This document shows positions 52,476 to 64,000 of a stretch of DNA of 64,000 nucleotides, piece by piece. The position numbers and the translations under genes were made by a program. The notes beneath the pieces are model-generated. The model saw nothing but the letters and a program-made list of their open reading frames with translations. It was not told the origin of the DNA and made no database searches. Position 1 is the stretch's first letter, and the number at the start of each line of letters is the position of its first letter. The stretch is from Mytilus californianus (lineage: Eukaryota): NCBI RefSeq assembly GCF_021869535.1, contig NW_026262593.1, forward strand, positions 28,148,001-28,212,000, written 5' to 3'.

Positions 52476-52843
52476 AATGCCTCGTTCACACGTACATTTA
52501 TGCCTCGTTCACACGTACATTTATGCCTCGTTCACACGTACATTTAATTCGAATTGAATTCGAATCGAATGCGAATCGAATTCGCTAATCGCGTTCACAC
52601 ACTCTTCTTTTTTAATTCGAATTGATTCGAATTGGCTAAATCGCATTATCCAATTCGCACTAGAAATGCGTTTTTGTTAATACGAATTAAAAGTTAACGT
52701 CGTTAGGACAGTAAAGCGAATTTGACGCGCATTGCAATTCGCATTAGAATTTACGTTTGGACGTTAAACGTTTCGAATGCGAATTAAACTAATTCGAATT
52801 AGTTAATGCGAATCGAATTCGAATTACGTGTGAACGCAGCATA
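52476..52843. mobile_element. Palindrome-rich MITE with a triplicated left TIR
   Basis: ATGCCTCGTTCACACGTACATTT x3 (23-nt period from 52477). Right end TACGTGTGAACGCAGCAT. The interior is dense in GAATTC/TTCGAA/TGCGAAT. Confidence 0.8.
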
Positions 52844-53149
52844 AATAATAAATCAAATTTTGTGGTTCAATAAATAAATGTTGTAGGTCTCGAAATTGGT
52901 TGACTGGGATAAACGGCGGGGCAATAGGGGTGTCATTAAAAGGGGATGATATGTTGAATATGGTTAGAAATTTTGCCTTTCAGTAGGTCATACATATTCC
53001 CCTTGAATAGTTAATTCAACGGATTGATTAAAAGTCCTCATTCTGACTTGCCGTGACTATGTATTTATACATCCCGCACAACCAAACGGACGCCTTTAAT
53101 CATGGATCTTACTTTGAACGTTCTGGCGGAGGTTGTCCATTTGTACATA

Positions 53150-53800
53150 TTTCTACACCCCTGTTGAAAATTACTAATAGATTTGTGTTTTCAAACTTGA
53201 ACAATTTTGATTCCATCACTTTCGTTTCCCGTTTTTGCCCAAAACACAAAATATGGGTAAAAATCAAGGGCAATTACTTCCAAATGAAGTTTACTGACAA
53301 TTTCGACCTTGTTGGCCAATTGTAGATATATTGTCTTGCAGATCATTTACAATTTCTCTGTATCATCTATAGATTTGTCTAAAACATTAAAAGGGTAAAA
53401 TAGTCGTCATTTAAGGGCAATACCTCCTATAAGGAATCACTAGGGCTATGCTGACTTTTCTTTAGATCTTGTCATGCTCATCTTTTTTATTGTTCACAGT
53501 ATATTTTTTTCTTTCTATAGTTTCGAAGAAGATGGGTAAAAATCATCATTAAAGGGTAGTTACTACTTTAAAGGGTCGACTCACAATTTCAGCTATTTTC
53601 ACCTATATATGGTATCTTGTCTTGCTGATTATTTTTGCTGTTTACAGTGTTTATTTATTTATCTACTAAAGTTTTCCCAAAGTTGTAAAAAATGTATAAA
53701 AATCATCATTCAAGGACAATTACTCTTATAAGTTGTTTACTGACAACTTTAGCCGTGTTTGACAAGTTTTGCCCTGTCAGATTTTCTTTTTCTATAATGG
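53150..53800 (+). repeat. Element with about 140-155-bp diverged internal tandem subrepeats
   Basis: AAAA(TCA)TCATT.AAGGG.A.TTACT...ACTGACAA-like motif recurs near 53256, 53393, 53534 and 53695. Confidence 0.6.
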
Positions 53801-54439
53801 TTTTCAAAATAATAGACAGTACTTGCATTTTTAAAACGCCCTTTGTTCTATCTTTAAACTTGGTTGTCTGATATTTTTGTCGATCAACTATTTACACGAT
53901 ATTTTACACTAAAGAATTAAAAAAAAATCAATACCCATCAATATTTTTTCATGTCACCAAATGTTATGTTTATTGGACAATTTTGAATTATCTAAAAGTA
54001 TGTAGAAATGCTCATTTTGTAACTAAGCATCTGTATTCGAAGGTATACATATGTCAAACGTATTTTTAACACGCAATATGTTTTTCTCGTGCATGATGTT
54101 CTGGACTTTGATTTTTTTTAAAGCAGTATTTAACCAACCTTAGCAAGCCTCCTGGATTAAGGAGCATATTTTTCCCTGACTTCCAAATTATGTGCCGTCT
54201 TTTTCCAAAAGACAGGCTAACGAGCTTGTGTTGTTCATTTTCGCTTATCTTCGTTTTTACATCTATGTTTTTGGAGTCTAAAAAGAATTTTTTGGTACGT
54301 GTATTTTTTTTTGCAGGATTTGGGGCGTTGGGGGTAAGGGTGGTTTATGCAAGCCATACATAACTTGCGTAACGATCATCCCAATGGTTGACTGGGGTAT
54401 AAAAACATTATCTTCCCTTCACCCGTTCGGTAGTTTAAC

Positions 54440-54690
54440 CCTTCCTAAATTGTTGTATCCTTTTGACTGTGTGGGATGTATTAAAAGGTGCAGTCAAGTC
54501 CAGGATAATTCGATGCCTGGTAAAGGGTGGTTGCCACGCTCTCTGAACCGTTGAAACCCCCTTGCAATAATTATACGAGGTGTCCGTAGGTGGTTTGTTG
54601 CAAGGAAAAATGTTTGCGTTATCCAACATACCCTCATTTCCAAGTGACAGTTCAAATATATCCCGCCCTTCGTCCCGATCGACCTACCTT
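54440..54690 (+). mobile_element. SINE-like interspersed repeat
   Basis: Homologous to 1860-2090. This accounts for the locally higher GC and for the ORFs at 54435-54730. Confidence 0.5.
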
Positions 54691-55488
54691 TTTGTATTAT
54701 TTTTCTATTTGTTAATATTTGAATATGCATGAAATAATTGTCACTGAACGTTAACCAAGCAACAATCTATCAATAATCAGACCATGTTCCTTTTACATGT
54801 GATATTTCAAGGAGTGTATTATCAAATAGTCAGATTTCTGCAAGATTCAGAACAAGAACTGTCAATTAATAATTCACTTCAATTGTTAATTATCTGGGTA
54901 TCTTTTCTGTCACTGTGTACAAAAAGAGGCGAAGAATACCAAAGGGACATTCAAACTCATAAGTTGAAAATAAACTGACAACGCCATGGCTAAAAAAGAA
55001 AAAGACAAACAAACAAGAGTACATTGTGTGTTTGTTTTTTAATTGGCTTATACCTACTGTGTTTCGGGTTGTTTTTTTTTCAATTGGCTTAAATTTCCTT
55101 TTATTCATATTTATCTATATTCCAACCATAAATGAATTTACATGTACTTGACTTGCATTCAATGGGAGATAACTCAAATAAATCAATATAAAACTTACTT
55201 AAAATACGACTGACTTACCTAGCGGTGAACCGATTCACTTTACTTCATTCCGAGAGTCCAATGAAAGATTTTAAAGATGGATATAATTGAAAAATAAAAC
55301 AAAAAGTAACGGGTGTCATATTAAGGCAGACAAACATGCTATAATAGATGGAGCGTTTGGTGCATACAAATAATTCAGTATATTTTCAAATTCAATAAAA
55401 ATTCGCTTTACAATGTACGGATATGCAATGAAGCATGCATAACCTTTTAAGCTGGTAATTTTGGTTCTGTACACCATAATATTTCACA

Positions 55489-55999
55489 AGACATTTTTTT
55501 AATTGATTTGAAGCAATCATTTGTTTTATCCGAGCGGGCTAATTATACCTATAACGGCTCAAAAGATCCTGCTTGGTCGCTCGTCTGGCAATTTCCTGTA
55601 TATGCACTACAATGCACCATGAATGATCTAGGGGTTATATAATTACTACTTTAAAGGGTCGACTCACAATTTCGGCTATGTTCACCTACTAGTATGTGGT
55701 ATCTTGTCTTGCTGATTATTTTTGCTGTTTACAGTGTTTATTCATTTTTTCCCAAAGTTGTAAAAAGTGGGTAAAATCATCATACAATATTACTCTTATA
55801 AAATGTTTACTGACAACTTCAGTCGTGTTTGACAATTTTTACTCTGTCAGACATTTTTTTAATTGATTTGAAGCAATAATATGTTTTATCCGAGCGGGCC
55901 AATTATACCTTTTACGGCTCGAAAGATCCTGCTTGGTCACTCGTCTGGCAATTTCCTATATATGCACTACAATGAACCATGAATAATCTAGGGCTTATA
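55489..55999. repeat. X-Y-X structure: 150-bp direct repeats around a copy of 53558-53785
   Basis: AGACATTTTTTTAATTGATTTGAAGCAAT...GATCCTGCTTGGTC...CTAGGG.TTATAT at 55489 and 55849 (offset 360). The spacer matches the 53.6-53.8 kb repeat. Confidence 0.85.
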
Positions 56000-56939
56000 T
56001 AAATGATCAATGGGTACAAAGAAGGATTTTCTTTAGTGGTATTCTTTGCATAGTTACCTATGCTCTTTGATCAACAGTATTACTCAGATATAAAAGTCTA
56101 TCAAAACTTGCATGCATTTGAACCCAATTATGTAGGATCAAACTACCTTCGGAGAATCTAAATTTTAACTTGTAAAGACTCGAAGCAATTATGAGCTTTA
56201 ATGGTACATATTCAGTATGTGCGCACGTTCATCAAGTCAAGTTATTGAAAATGGTATGATGACCTTCAAATGCGACGGTCTCCTTTGGTTTACCCGTGTT
56301 ATTTGATTGCTGTCTCACCAATGCCGATTATATCAATAGACAAATGTATTTATGAGAGCTCGAATCCCTCCTAAACTTGGGACCCTCCTTAACATTGGAC
56401 AGTGGTGTAACCAAGGATTTGTATAGTTAGAGTTGGCGTTACAGCACAACATTAGAACAAACTAAAAATAGGTTGAAAAGGCTACGACTCATGAAATCGG
56501 TAACTCTAACAATTAGCATACTTGCAGTTACTGAAAGCTAGTTCAAATCCCTATTTCAACTACTAAATGCACCATATTTTCCCAGGTGACTAACATTTCA
56601 ATCAGTACGACCCATTGACGGATTTAGTATAAAAGGCATCATTAAACAATATGTGGAAAGAATGCATGACCTTGTCATATGCCAAAATATAAGCGAGTAT
56701 CGACAGAATGTATGATCAGAGACATATAATGATCTATTATTTTATTCAGGGGAAACTGGTTCAGGCTAAGCTAGTCCATCCATCTAACCATGCAATGACA
56801 GACTCGTGACATGGCTTATATAAGATGCATTCCCGACTGATAGACTTTCCAGGGTATACACATTTCTTGTGAACAGGCCAAAATCTTGAGGCCATTGTTG
56901 ATAATTTAATACAAATAACTTTAGACAGAAAATACGGGA

Positions 56940-57390
56940 AATGAATTCAAATTACAGTCAATGATTAAAAATATATCTGCTTACCAAACAATCGAACATG
57001 AAATTTCCAATAGAAACTGGAAGATGGCAAAACATAGAAAGAGAAAACAGAAAATGTGTATTGTGTAATTCAGATGCCATTGGTGATGAATACCATTACA
57101 TTTTTAATTGTTCAGCTTTTGATAACTGTAAAAAACAATGTATTGCATTTTACTATAGAAATAGACCAAACACATTGAAGTTTTATGACTTAATGAATTC
57201 TAAAAAATGTACAGAACTGAACGAACTATGTAAACTTATTAAGGAGATCAATAACAAATTGAACTTTTCTGGGTGAAGAATTGTGAATGCCTCTATCTAC
57301 TTTCGTACATTATTTATTTATGTAATTGTATTGAAATATGTATAATTATCTCTATACCTTTGTAATTTGGTTTGTGAGAATAAAGAAAGA
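56940..57390 (+). mobile_element. 5'-truncated LINE 3' end (C-terminal Cys/His domain and tail)
   Basis: ORF 56998-57276 KFPIETGRWQNIERENRKCVLC...IGDEYHYIFNC matches the ETGR...C-x2-C...EDE.HF...C C-terminus of CR1-group LINE ORF2. An AATAAA-containing tail follows at about 57380. Confidence 0.8.
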
Positions 57391-57739
57391 CAACAAATAA
57401 GCTAACTGAGTCCATATGAATTTTTGGTTAATTGGTAAATAATTAATTACAGAGCAATTGACCTAGTATAAAAGATCATAAAAAGGTTCGAATCAAAAAT
57501 GATTTTAAAATAATCGACAGTACATAAATTTATATGTCTTATTCTATTTTCTTTCTCTAATTTAGTCCCAGTTTTATCCAAGAATAGAACCATAAAAATA
57601 GGCCAGAAATTTGATTCGTTGTTATATTTGGATTTAAACTTCGGACATATAACACCTGAATTTGTGTATTGTCGATCATTTGAATGTTGACAGGTGCTAC
57701 GTTACTAGTGTATTTATTGGAGCTATTTAAAGAAGAACA

Positions 57740-57990
57740 TCACGTCATAAACGCATGCGCTGTAAGTTTTTCCGGTTAAAATTGGATTAACTGAACACCC
57801 CGGAAATTAGTATTGTAGGTATTGTTTGCATGATTATCAACAAAAGATCTAAGTAAGAAGCGAGCTAGTTTATAAGGCATCAACTCAAAGGACTTATTTG
57901 GGATTTAGCTTTCCTTACTATCACTGAAATTCTTTTTCTATTGAATTCTTGTGCGGAGTCTGTCAAAAATAATGGCGGCATGGCTTCCGG
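57740..57990. promoter_or_regulatory. Candidate housekeeping promoter (possibly cdc42)
   Basis: Cluster of CACGTCA (CRE-like, 57741), ACGCATGCGC (NRF1-like, 57751), CCGGAA/TTCCGG (ETS-like, 57770, 57800, 57984) and AATGGCGGC (YY1-like, 57971) in otherwise AT-rich DNA, 5.6 kb upstream of the cdc42 acceptor. Confidence 0.45.
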
Positions 57991-59023
57991 TGCCTGTTAA
58001 TGTTAATGTTCTCCTCTTTTATCCTCGTCAATCTCATATTTAACGTTTCTTTTGAAGGAGGTTTATTCCTTGAACTGTTATCTAAACGAACTGTGTATTT
58101 TTTGGCAAATAAATACAAGGAAACGTAACTTTTTTAAAACAAAAAGGGGGCTTGGGAGTGCCTTGTTTATCATTTATGTATGTACAGTCACTACAGTGTA
58201 CTGCTTCTGTATGTTAAATCGTGTGCAAAAGCCTGTTTAAGTTCATCATATTTGCTGTTTTATATATGCGTAGATTTTAACTTAAAATAATCTAACATCT
58301 TCTGTCTTATCAAAAAACAGAGGAATCGATCATCAGAATTCTCATATAGCTATTGGTGTGTACTCATGTCTGATTTCATAAACCTGAGTGTTGACAAAAC
58401 ATGTCCTGCATATACTTGCTTAGTCTTGTTTTAAAAAAGATTGTTCTTCAGCTGTCATAAATTATCCTATAAGGTACATGTACTTCTTCAGGGGTCGCTC
58501 TAGGACTCCCCACTTAACTCTAGAGAAGCTCCAGGGAGAAGTTTATGTCGGCCTCGATTTTCAGTAAAATTCCCCAATGTCGCCTCATGATTTTCGAAAA
58601 ATTCTCGATCCAAACGTTAATGACCTGATAGTCGACGAAATACAAAACAAATTTTATCCCCAAATTTAGAACTGAGTTGTCCGAGGTATTAAACTCCAAC
58701 ATTAAAATTGCTTGACAGGATGCACTGTAAGCTAGAAACAAGAAAAAAACTTGATTTTGCCATGTTTGTTTATTGTCTGCCATCTTTGTTATTAAAATTG
58801 TAGAGGGCGCCCTTTTTTCTTTTCAAAACTCTTATCATTTACCTAATCCATATTTATATGCAAGTTTAATTTTGATAATACTTTAACATTAATTCGCTAA
58901 AGGACGGCACTATTTTACTTCCAAAGTAGTATATTTTTGTAAAGTTTTAAGTATGAATTTTCCATTGCGTCCCGCATAGTATTTTTTTTGATTTACACAT
59001 ACTTATTCAATTTCTGGTTATGT

Positions 59024-59694
59024 CAGTCAGGGGTACTACTTGTACAAGTAATTTTTAATTACTTGAAGAAGTAAATAAAATACACTCATACAAGTTAATT
59101 ATATTGTTTGAATAATCTCCCCTTAATTTTCTAAAAAATTTACTTGTATAAGTAAATTTTTTTACAATTCCACAAAAATTCTCAAGTTTTGAGATGTTAA
59201 ATCATGCCTTAAACAATTTTTCTCAGGTTAGCTCATAATTTTTGATAAGAGTTCAATGTTTCATCTCATTAATTCAACAAAGAAACTGATTGAGCAAAGA
59301 TCTTAAGTATTTGCGCAAGGCCTTCAAAAATTGCTCCTTGGGGGCTTGTAAATGAGCAGTGTTCTAAAGATAACAGACAAATGAGATTTTCATTGTCCAT
59401 GAAATTACACTTAAATGAATAGTAAAGACATCTGCAAAGGACAGACAATTCAAAATTCTGTTAGAGCAAAGAAGTTCTAAGAATTCAAGAAAAGAAGATA
59501 GGATGACTTTTTTACTTGTATAAGTAAAAAAATCTGAATGTCTAAGGGACATAACTAGGCCAAAAAAATAATTTACTTATACAAGTAAATAAAATACACT
59601 TGTATAAGTATCCTACAAACTTACTTATATAAGTATATTATAATTACTTCTTCAAGTAAATAAAAATAACTTGTACAAGTAGTACCCCTGACTG
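59024..59694. mobile_element. MITE with about 50-bp TIRs and a 5-bp TSD (TATGT)
   Basis: CAGTCAGGGGTACTACTTGTACAAGT...TTACTTGAAGAAGTAA is inverted at the right end, with TATGT on both flanks. Many internal ACTTGTATAAGT motifs. Confidence 0.85.
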
Positions 59695-61257
59695 TATGTT
59701 ACTTGTTCTGATTTTGTCATATTTTAACACTTGTGTAGTACTAGTGTTCTAGGATCATTTATTTGCATTTCCAACAGCAATGTGATGCTGGAAAACAGCC
59801 TTTTCCATGAAAATATCGCAAACTTTGAAATTAACGAAAGACAGTGAAACCGTATTCAAGATATTTAAACTTACTTAACAATTGATTATTATTTAAAGGG
59901 TTCCTGCTTTATTTAATCATTTAATGTTATTAAACACATATTGTGAGCAATTCAAAACATGCTTTTGTTTGAAAAATCTTTGAGATGCAGCAAAATTTGA
60001 CCAATGTCAAATCTTCAATTCGTTCAGACCTAGCTGCATAACCGTAGCTCTTATGATATTTTTTGACAATTTGAGTCCGTAGATACAAATATAAATTAAT
60101 TCAGACCATAAGCATGGCAAGGCAAGGAAATACCACCTTAGCAGTTGTCATGCAAAAATGCTTTGAAAAAGTAACAAAAAGGTAAAGATGCTTGACAAAT
60201 TTGATTCTTAAAAAGAAATAACTTGATCCTTCAATTTTCCCTGAAGTCTCCCTGTTGGGTTTTAATTCACTTATCCCAGTTTGGCTGCCAAGGAGAAGTC
60301 ACTTCTCCCTATAATTCTGAAGTGAGGTGACCCCTGCTTCATAAATTTTTTTCAAAGCATGACAGGAATTTATTTTCAATATTGTATACTATTTGTGATG
60401 TGCTAACGTAGATTCATCAATGTGCAGACTGTTTATTGTTTGATGTCTTCATCAAATCTCATCCCCCCCCGAAAAAAATATTTCATTTTGAAACTCCCGA
60501 ATTTTATTAATGAAAATATAAATATTTTGATTTATACATCTAAACAGCATCTAATGATTCAATCGGTATAGGAAGCGAACAGACCTGATACCGGGATAAA
60601 ACCAGAGGAGATCAAATTTTCTTTATATTCGCACATGTGTACCTATTAAAGAGGTTTAAATCCTATTGTGATAAAAGATAATTCCATTCATGGAAGCAGT
60701 CTTCACTTTAATCAAAAGGCCAGTCAAATTTTGCCAGGGCAGTTAATTTTCCTAAAAAAAAGAGCTCCTCTATATGCCATATAGATTTACAGAAATTTTA
60801 TGACTGATTTTCAAGCTGATTAAATGAAAAAAAATTTCAGGAAGTCTGAGGAAGGCAAGTTCAATAGCTGAAAAAGATGGTTCAGATCAGAACTATATGA
60901 GCTACTGTACTTTAGACACGTCAGAATCAACTGGGACCCACCCTATAATTATCCAGTGAGCAACCTATGGTCATGTCAGGAATGACTTCAAGTTCCAATG
61001 TACAAACTTCCCATTGTTGCCAAGGAAAAGGTTTATATTTTGCATGTTGTTTTCAGAAAAAAGTCTTTCCAATTAACTGACCCATTAGGAACAAATTTAC
61101 ATTTCACTGCGTTTGTTTATCCACAGTCACCTGAATTTGTAGTAATATACATGTGGGATAGAAAATAGGAAAGAAAAAAAACAAATGCCCCTACATATGT
61201 ATATTAAACATGTACATATACTTTAGTTTCCTCCCAAATTTTCAATTCTTTATATCA

Positions 61258-61457
61258 GCCTTGGTGGTGTCATGGTTGCGTGTTCGCCTCAAGTGTGGGA
61301 GGTTGTGGGTTCGAACCCCAGCCGGGTCAAGCCAAAGACCTCAAAAGTGGTATTTGCTACTTCTCCTCTAAGCATGTGGCATTAAGGAGTGAGAGCAAAG
61401 ATTGGTCGGCTCAGAGTCAGTATAATATGTCCAAGTAAGGTGACATGCGGACTGTTG
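61258..61457 (+). mobile_element. tRNA-derived SINE (mollusc Meta/MESC-type body, 3'-truncated)
   Basis: A box TGGTGTCATGG (61265) and B box GGTTCGAACCC (61308), then GGTATTTGCTACTTCTCCTCTAAGCATG...AAGGAGTGAGAGCAAAGA. There is no tRNA 3' acceptor stem, so it is not a tRNA gene. Confidence 0.75.
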
Positions 61458-61815
61458 CGTTTTTACTTTCCCGTGAAAAAAAGGTACTCCAAACGATTCA
61501 GCTACAAAAATGTACAATGTATGTTTCTTTATTTTGCATTTATTTATAATTAGAATGCAGAAAGTGAAATTTCATATAAAGAATATAAGAAGTATCATTT
61601 TCATAGTCCATTCAGGTTATATTCAGATCGCATGGATATTGTCATTTCTACCTGTCTACAGTAGAAAGTTCATTTTTACCCACTCAGATTTAATCTCAGA
61701 AGTTTTAAAAAATAAATATTGAATAATTAGAAAAAGTTAACTTATTTTGTTACAGTTTTGTATGTTCTATTCTAATGCTGAAAGAAATGAAATGACGACT
61801 TTTGACGTGTGTACT

Positions 61816-63009
61816 TAGTGTTTCCTGTAGCTTTTGAAAAAGGCAGGGTAATTTTTTTCTCAGAGGGCACTCTTAGCGCAATTGGCTTTAAGGGCACCCT
61901 TTGCGCCGAGGACTACACTTTTAGGGCACTCTTCACATAGATATAAAGGCAAAGGCACTGTAATAGATTTAATGGAATATACCATTGTTTAATATTTATT
62001 GGTAAGAAATAATGATATGTATATTAGGTTGTTAACTTAATCCCTTTTTGTAATAAAATTAACACTTCTAGACTCAGCTAATAGAATCTTGATCATGTTC
62101 ATTGTTCAAGTGCCTAATTTCAATCAATAATTCCAGTTATAAACTTTAATACTGGATCACTGAGACTGATTGTCTAAGGACATGAAGGATGTGTTGTGAA
62201 AGTGGACTTTGCATGACCAAGAGCATATGCAATGCATTGCTTTTTAGATGCACAAAAGAAGTGACAATTAATACCTTTTGGATCTCACATGTTTTTACCA
62301 ATCAAAGTTACCTTGGCTCATAACTGTACAAATAGTTTTAAGATATTCAAAGATTTGTATAGCAAGACTTACTATACATATTCTTCTGCTTTTCATCTTT
62401 GTTCAATGTGTTTTTTTGTGTTTATTTTTATTGAAACGTTGTTGATTTTTTGTACTATTCAAAACTATATCAGCTATATTCTTATCTTTAATTTTATTAA
62501 GATAACATAAGTATGAAAGCCATCGTTAATTCACACCCAATCCAACGTCTCAACGGACCGAATAGTATAAATAGAAAATATAAACAAACTGTGGTAATGT
62601 TCATCCCATTCATCATAAAATTATAACTCAAATGATCGCCTGGTTCCCTTTTAAATTGTCTACATTTTAAATTCGTAGAGGCCTAGGTAAAAATCCATGT
62701 TGTCCCTACTAGATTCAATCATTGATCATGTTGATCGTATTTGTACTCTGTTGCTTCAAAACTGTTCAAACATTACGAAATTCAATAAAATGTGGGCCAT
62801 TAGAATTTAGATTTTCGTTCGAAGGGAAATTACTCGAAATGGTCTTGCTAAAAGATGAATTGCAGAACCGATATTAAAATATGGCGGGGCGTTCTAAAAT
62901 ACGACAGAAAAGGGGCATGGCGCCTATTTTTTTTCTTAAAAAGGGCAGGGCGTCAAGAAAAACATGACAGGGCGCCATACCACGTCAAAACATCCTGCAG
63001 GAAACACTA
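61816..63009. mobile_element. Non-autonomous TIR element with a 5-bp TSD (GTACT), hAT-like termini
   Basis: TAGTGTTTCCTGTAG at 61816 and CTGCAGGAAACACTA ending at 63009, with GTACT on both flanks. AGGGC(A/G)C subterminal motifs near both ends. Confidence 0.75.
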
Positions 63010-63522
63010 GTACTTCAAAACTTTGCCACAAGGGACTTTTTAGAAGTTTTTCTCATTCTGTACAAGTTCCAGCACCCACTGTGGAAATGACAATATATTA
63101 ATTTTGGTTTAGGTTTACTTAATTTCAGTGTACGAAAATAATTCTATGGAAGAAATATGATTAATTTAAAGTCATATAAACCAAGTATGGTAAAAAATGA
63201 CAATGTTTACACATGGGTTTCGTCATGTAGAATAAGGAAGTAAATTCCAGGGTAACCCATGTTAATCTTGACAATTACTACAACTCAACCATTGCCTCTA
63301 TTTAATTGCTATGAATATTGAAGAACTTAAATTTCTACCGACTTTAGCTTTATTTTTAGTGTTTACCGGTAATTATAATATTTTAATAAAAAACGGACAT
63401 GCATTTTTTCCGTGCATTGAGTGGGATCACTTCTAGCTGACGCCGTAAGAAATATCATACTTAAGCATGATTTGAAACCTAATCATTCCTTTAAGTATCA
63501 TGAGTATACAATTTTTGTATGA

Positions 63523-63792
<270 letters not shown>

Positions 63793-64000
63793 TAAATCTT
63801 GTATACAATGTGATGATAATGCAAAAAAAAAAAATCAGCATGGTGTTGTATTTTAGTGCATCAAAATATTATTTTTAGGCATTAAATGATTTATAAACAT
63901 GATGAAAGAGAAAATGAATTTTTTGTCCCCTTAAAGTTTTACATCAATAAAATTTTTCAGCTTAAATTCAAGATTTATACTGTCAAAAACTTTAAAACTG

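Noticed and set aside
54435-54730. GC-richer ORFs that looked like an exon
   Set aside because: The sequence is a copy of a dispersed SINE-like repeat also present at 1860-2090 and about 53050-53110.
55210-55300. Perfect minus-strand donor (AG|GTAAGT at 55219/55218) as an exon of an unknown gene
   Set aside because: No coding frame, acceptor or downstream exon could be linked to it, and a single consensus match is expected by chance in 64 kb.
61258-61330. tRNA gene
   Set aside because: A and B boxes are present, but the cloverleaf and acceptor stem are incomplete and it runs into a SINE body.

Overview
AT-rich (roughly 30% GC by eye) eukaryotic DNA with spliceosomal introns. The interspersed repeat families look like those of a bivalve mollusc, probably Mytilus; this is my recognition, not a database result. 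Three host genes are supported. (1) A complete, small secreted Tyr/Gly/Gln-rich peptide gene on the minus strand (CDS 42248-42481), with a TATA box, initiator and 13-nt first exon. (2) A divergently oriented 5-exon secreted C-type lectin with a long EYP-repeat, Thr-rich tail (46628 to about 51170). (3) The first coding exon of cdc42 (63586-63690). Most of the rest is repeat-derived: decayed Penelope-like (PLE) and LINE reverse transcriptase relics, tRNA-derived SINEs, and many MITEs with readable TIRs and TSDs. The most striking structure lies at about 11.6-31.3 kb: a nested, repeatedly duplicated array carrying about 20 minimal type I hammerhead ribozyme motifs from three related families, on both strands. 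Five of them have an intact catalytic core. They bound monomers of about 330-445 nt, as in non-LTR retrozymes, and recur in a conserved composite order. Most short ORFs in the supplied track are incidental.
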